Origin: Chitinivorax sp.
GTDB taxonomy: Bacteria > Pseudomonadota > Gammaproteobacteria > Burkholderiales > SCOH01
DNA length: 64,000 nucleotides
Direction of reading: 5' to 3'
Assembly: GCA_046347685.1 (NCBI GenBank)
Contig: JAXMFR010000005.1
Coordinates: forward strand, 23,269-87,268
The first letter of the stretch is position 1. Each line of letters opens with the position of its first letter. Shown here one piece after another: positions 63,890-64,000 of the stretch. A program made the position numbers and the translations under genes. Below the pieces are notes generated by a model that worked only from the letters and a program-made list of their open reading frames with translations, was not told the origin of the DNA and did no database searches.

Positions 63890-64000
63890 GGTGTGAAGGC
63901 AAGACAGGAATAAATGGCCAGCCAGGCTGCCTGCCCATCCCCTAAATGGACAGACAGCCCGGCGGCACAAACCGGAGTGTAATCTGATATCGCGTATGTC

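Overview
This is a 64-kb chromosomal segment of about 60% G+C. Gene order (trpBA-accD-folC-SPOR-cvpA-purF-metZ; pheA..hisC; cysB next to a tauE-cysH-cysI-DUF934 cluster; pyrG-kdsA-eno-ftsB; ppsR/ppsA) suggests a betaproteobacterium, probably Neisseriales/Chromobacteriaceae-like. That assignment is inference from synteny only. Most of the window is core metabolism and is called with high confidence. One tRNA-Glu(UUC) is present. There are no rRNA genes, CRISPR arrays or prophage.

The parts that are not ordinary are these:
- A co-directional signalling block (32.6-39.8 kb). It holds a GGDEF-EAL enzyme with a periplasmic CXXCH sensor domain, two tandem PhnD-like binding proteins with no ABC transporter genes, and a hybrid histidine kinase containing a degenerate extra receiver.
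- An AT-rich islet (28.1-30.6 kb) wedged into the valine-catabolism operon between the hydroxyisobutyryl-CoA hydrolase gene and mmsB. It carries an orphan lipoprotein gene and a 1308-bp IS5-family element with perfect 16-bp ends and a TTAA duplication. The IS sits four codons before the orphan's native stop, and its transposase is frameshifted.
- A family of REP-like GC-rich palindromic elements at four loci, two of which bracket the islet.
- A perfect 22-bp palindrome in front of mmsA.
- A 93-nt imperfect palindrome between tauE and cysH.
- A candidate SAM-II-like leader plus intrinsic terminator in front of metZ.
- A decayed fatty-acid desaturase remnant.
- Several orphan or oddly partnered genes: a MaoC-PTA fusion, a TAT/GMC dehydrogenase pair without a cytochrome c subunit, a CoxE-like VWA protein without an ATPase, and a minimal K+ channel.

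I found no multi-gene defence or secretion system. The signalling block and the islet are the best candidates for undescribed biology. All family assignments come from motif recognition by eye, without database searches.
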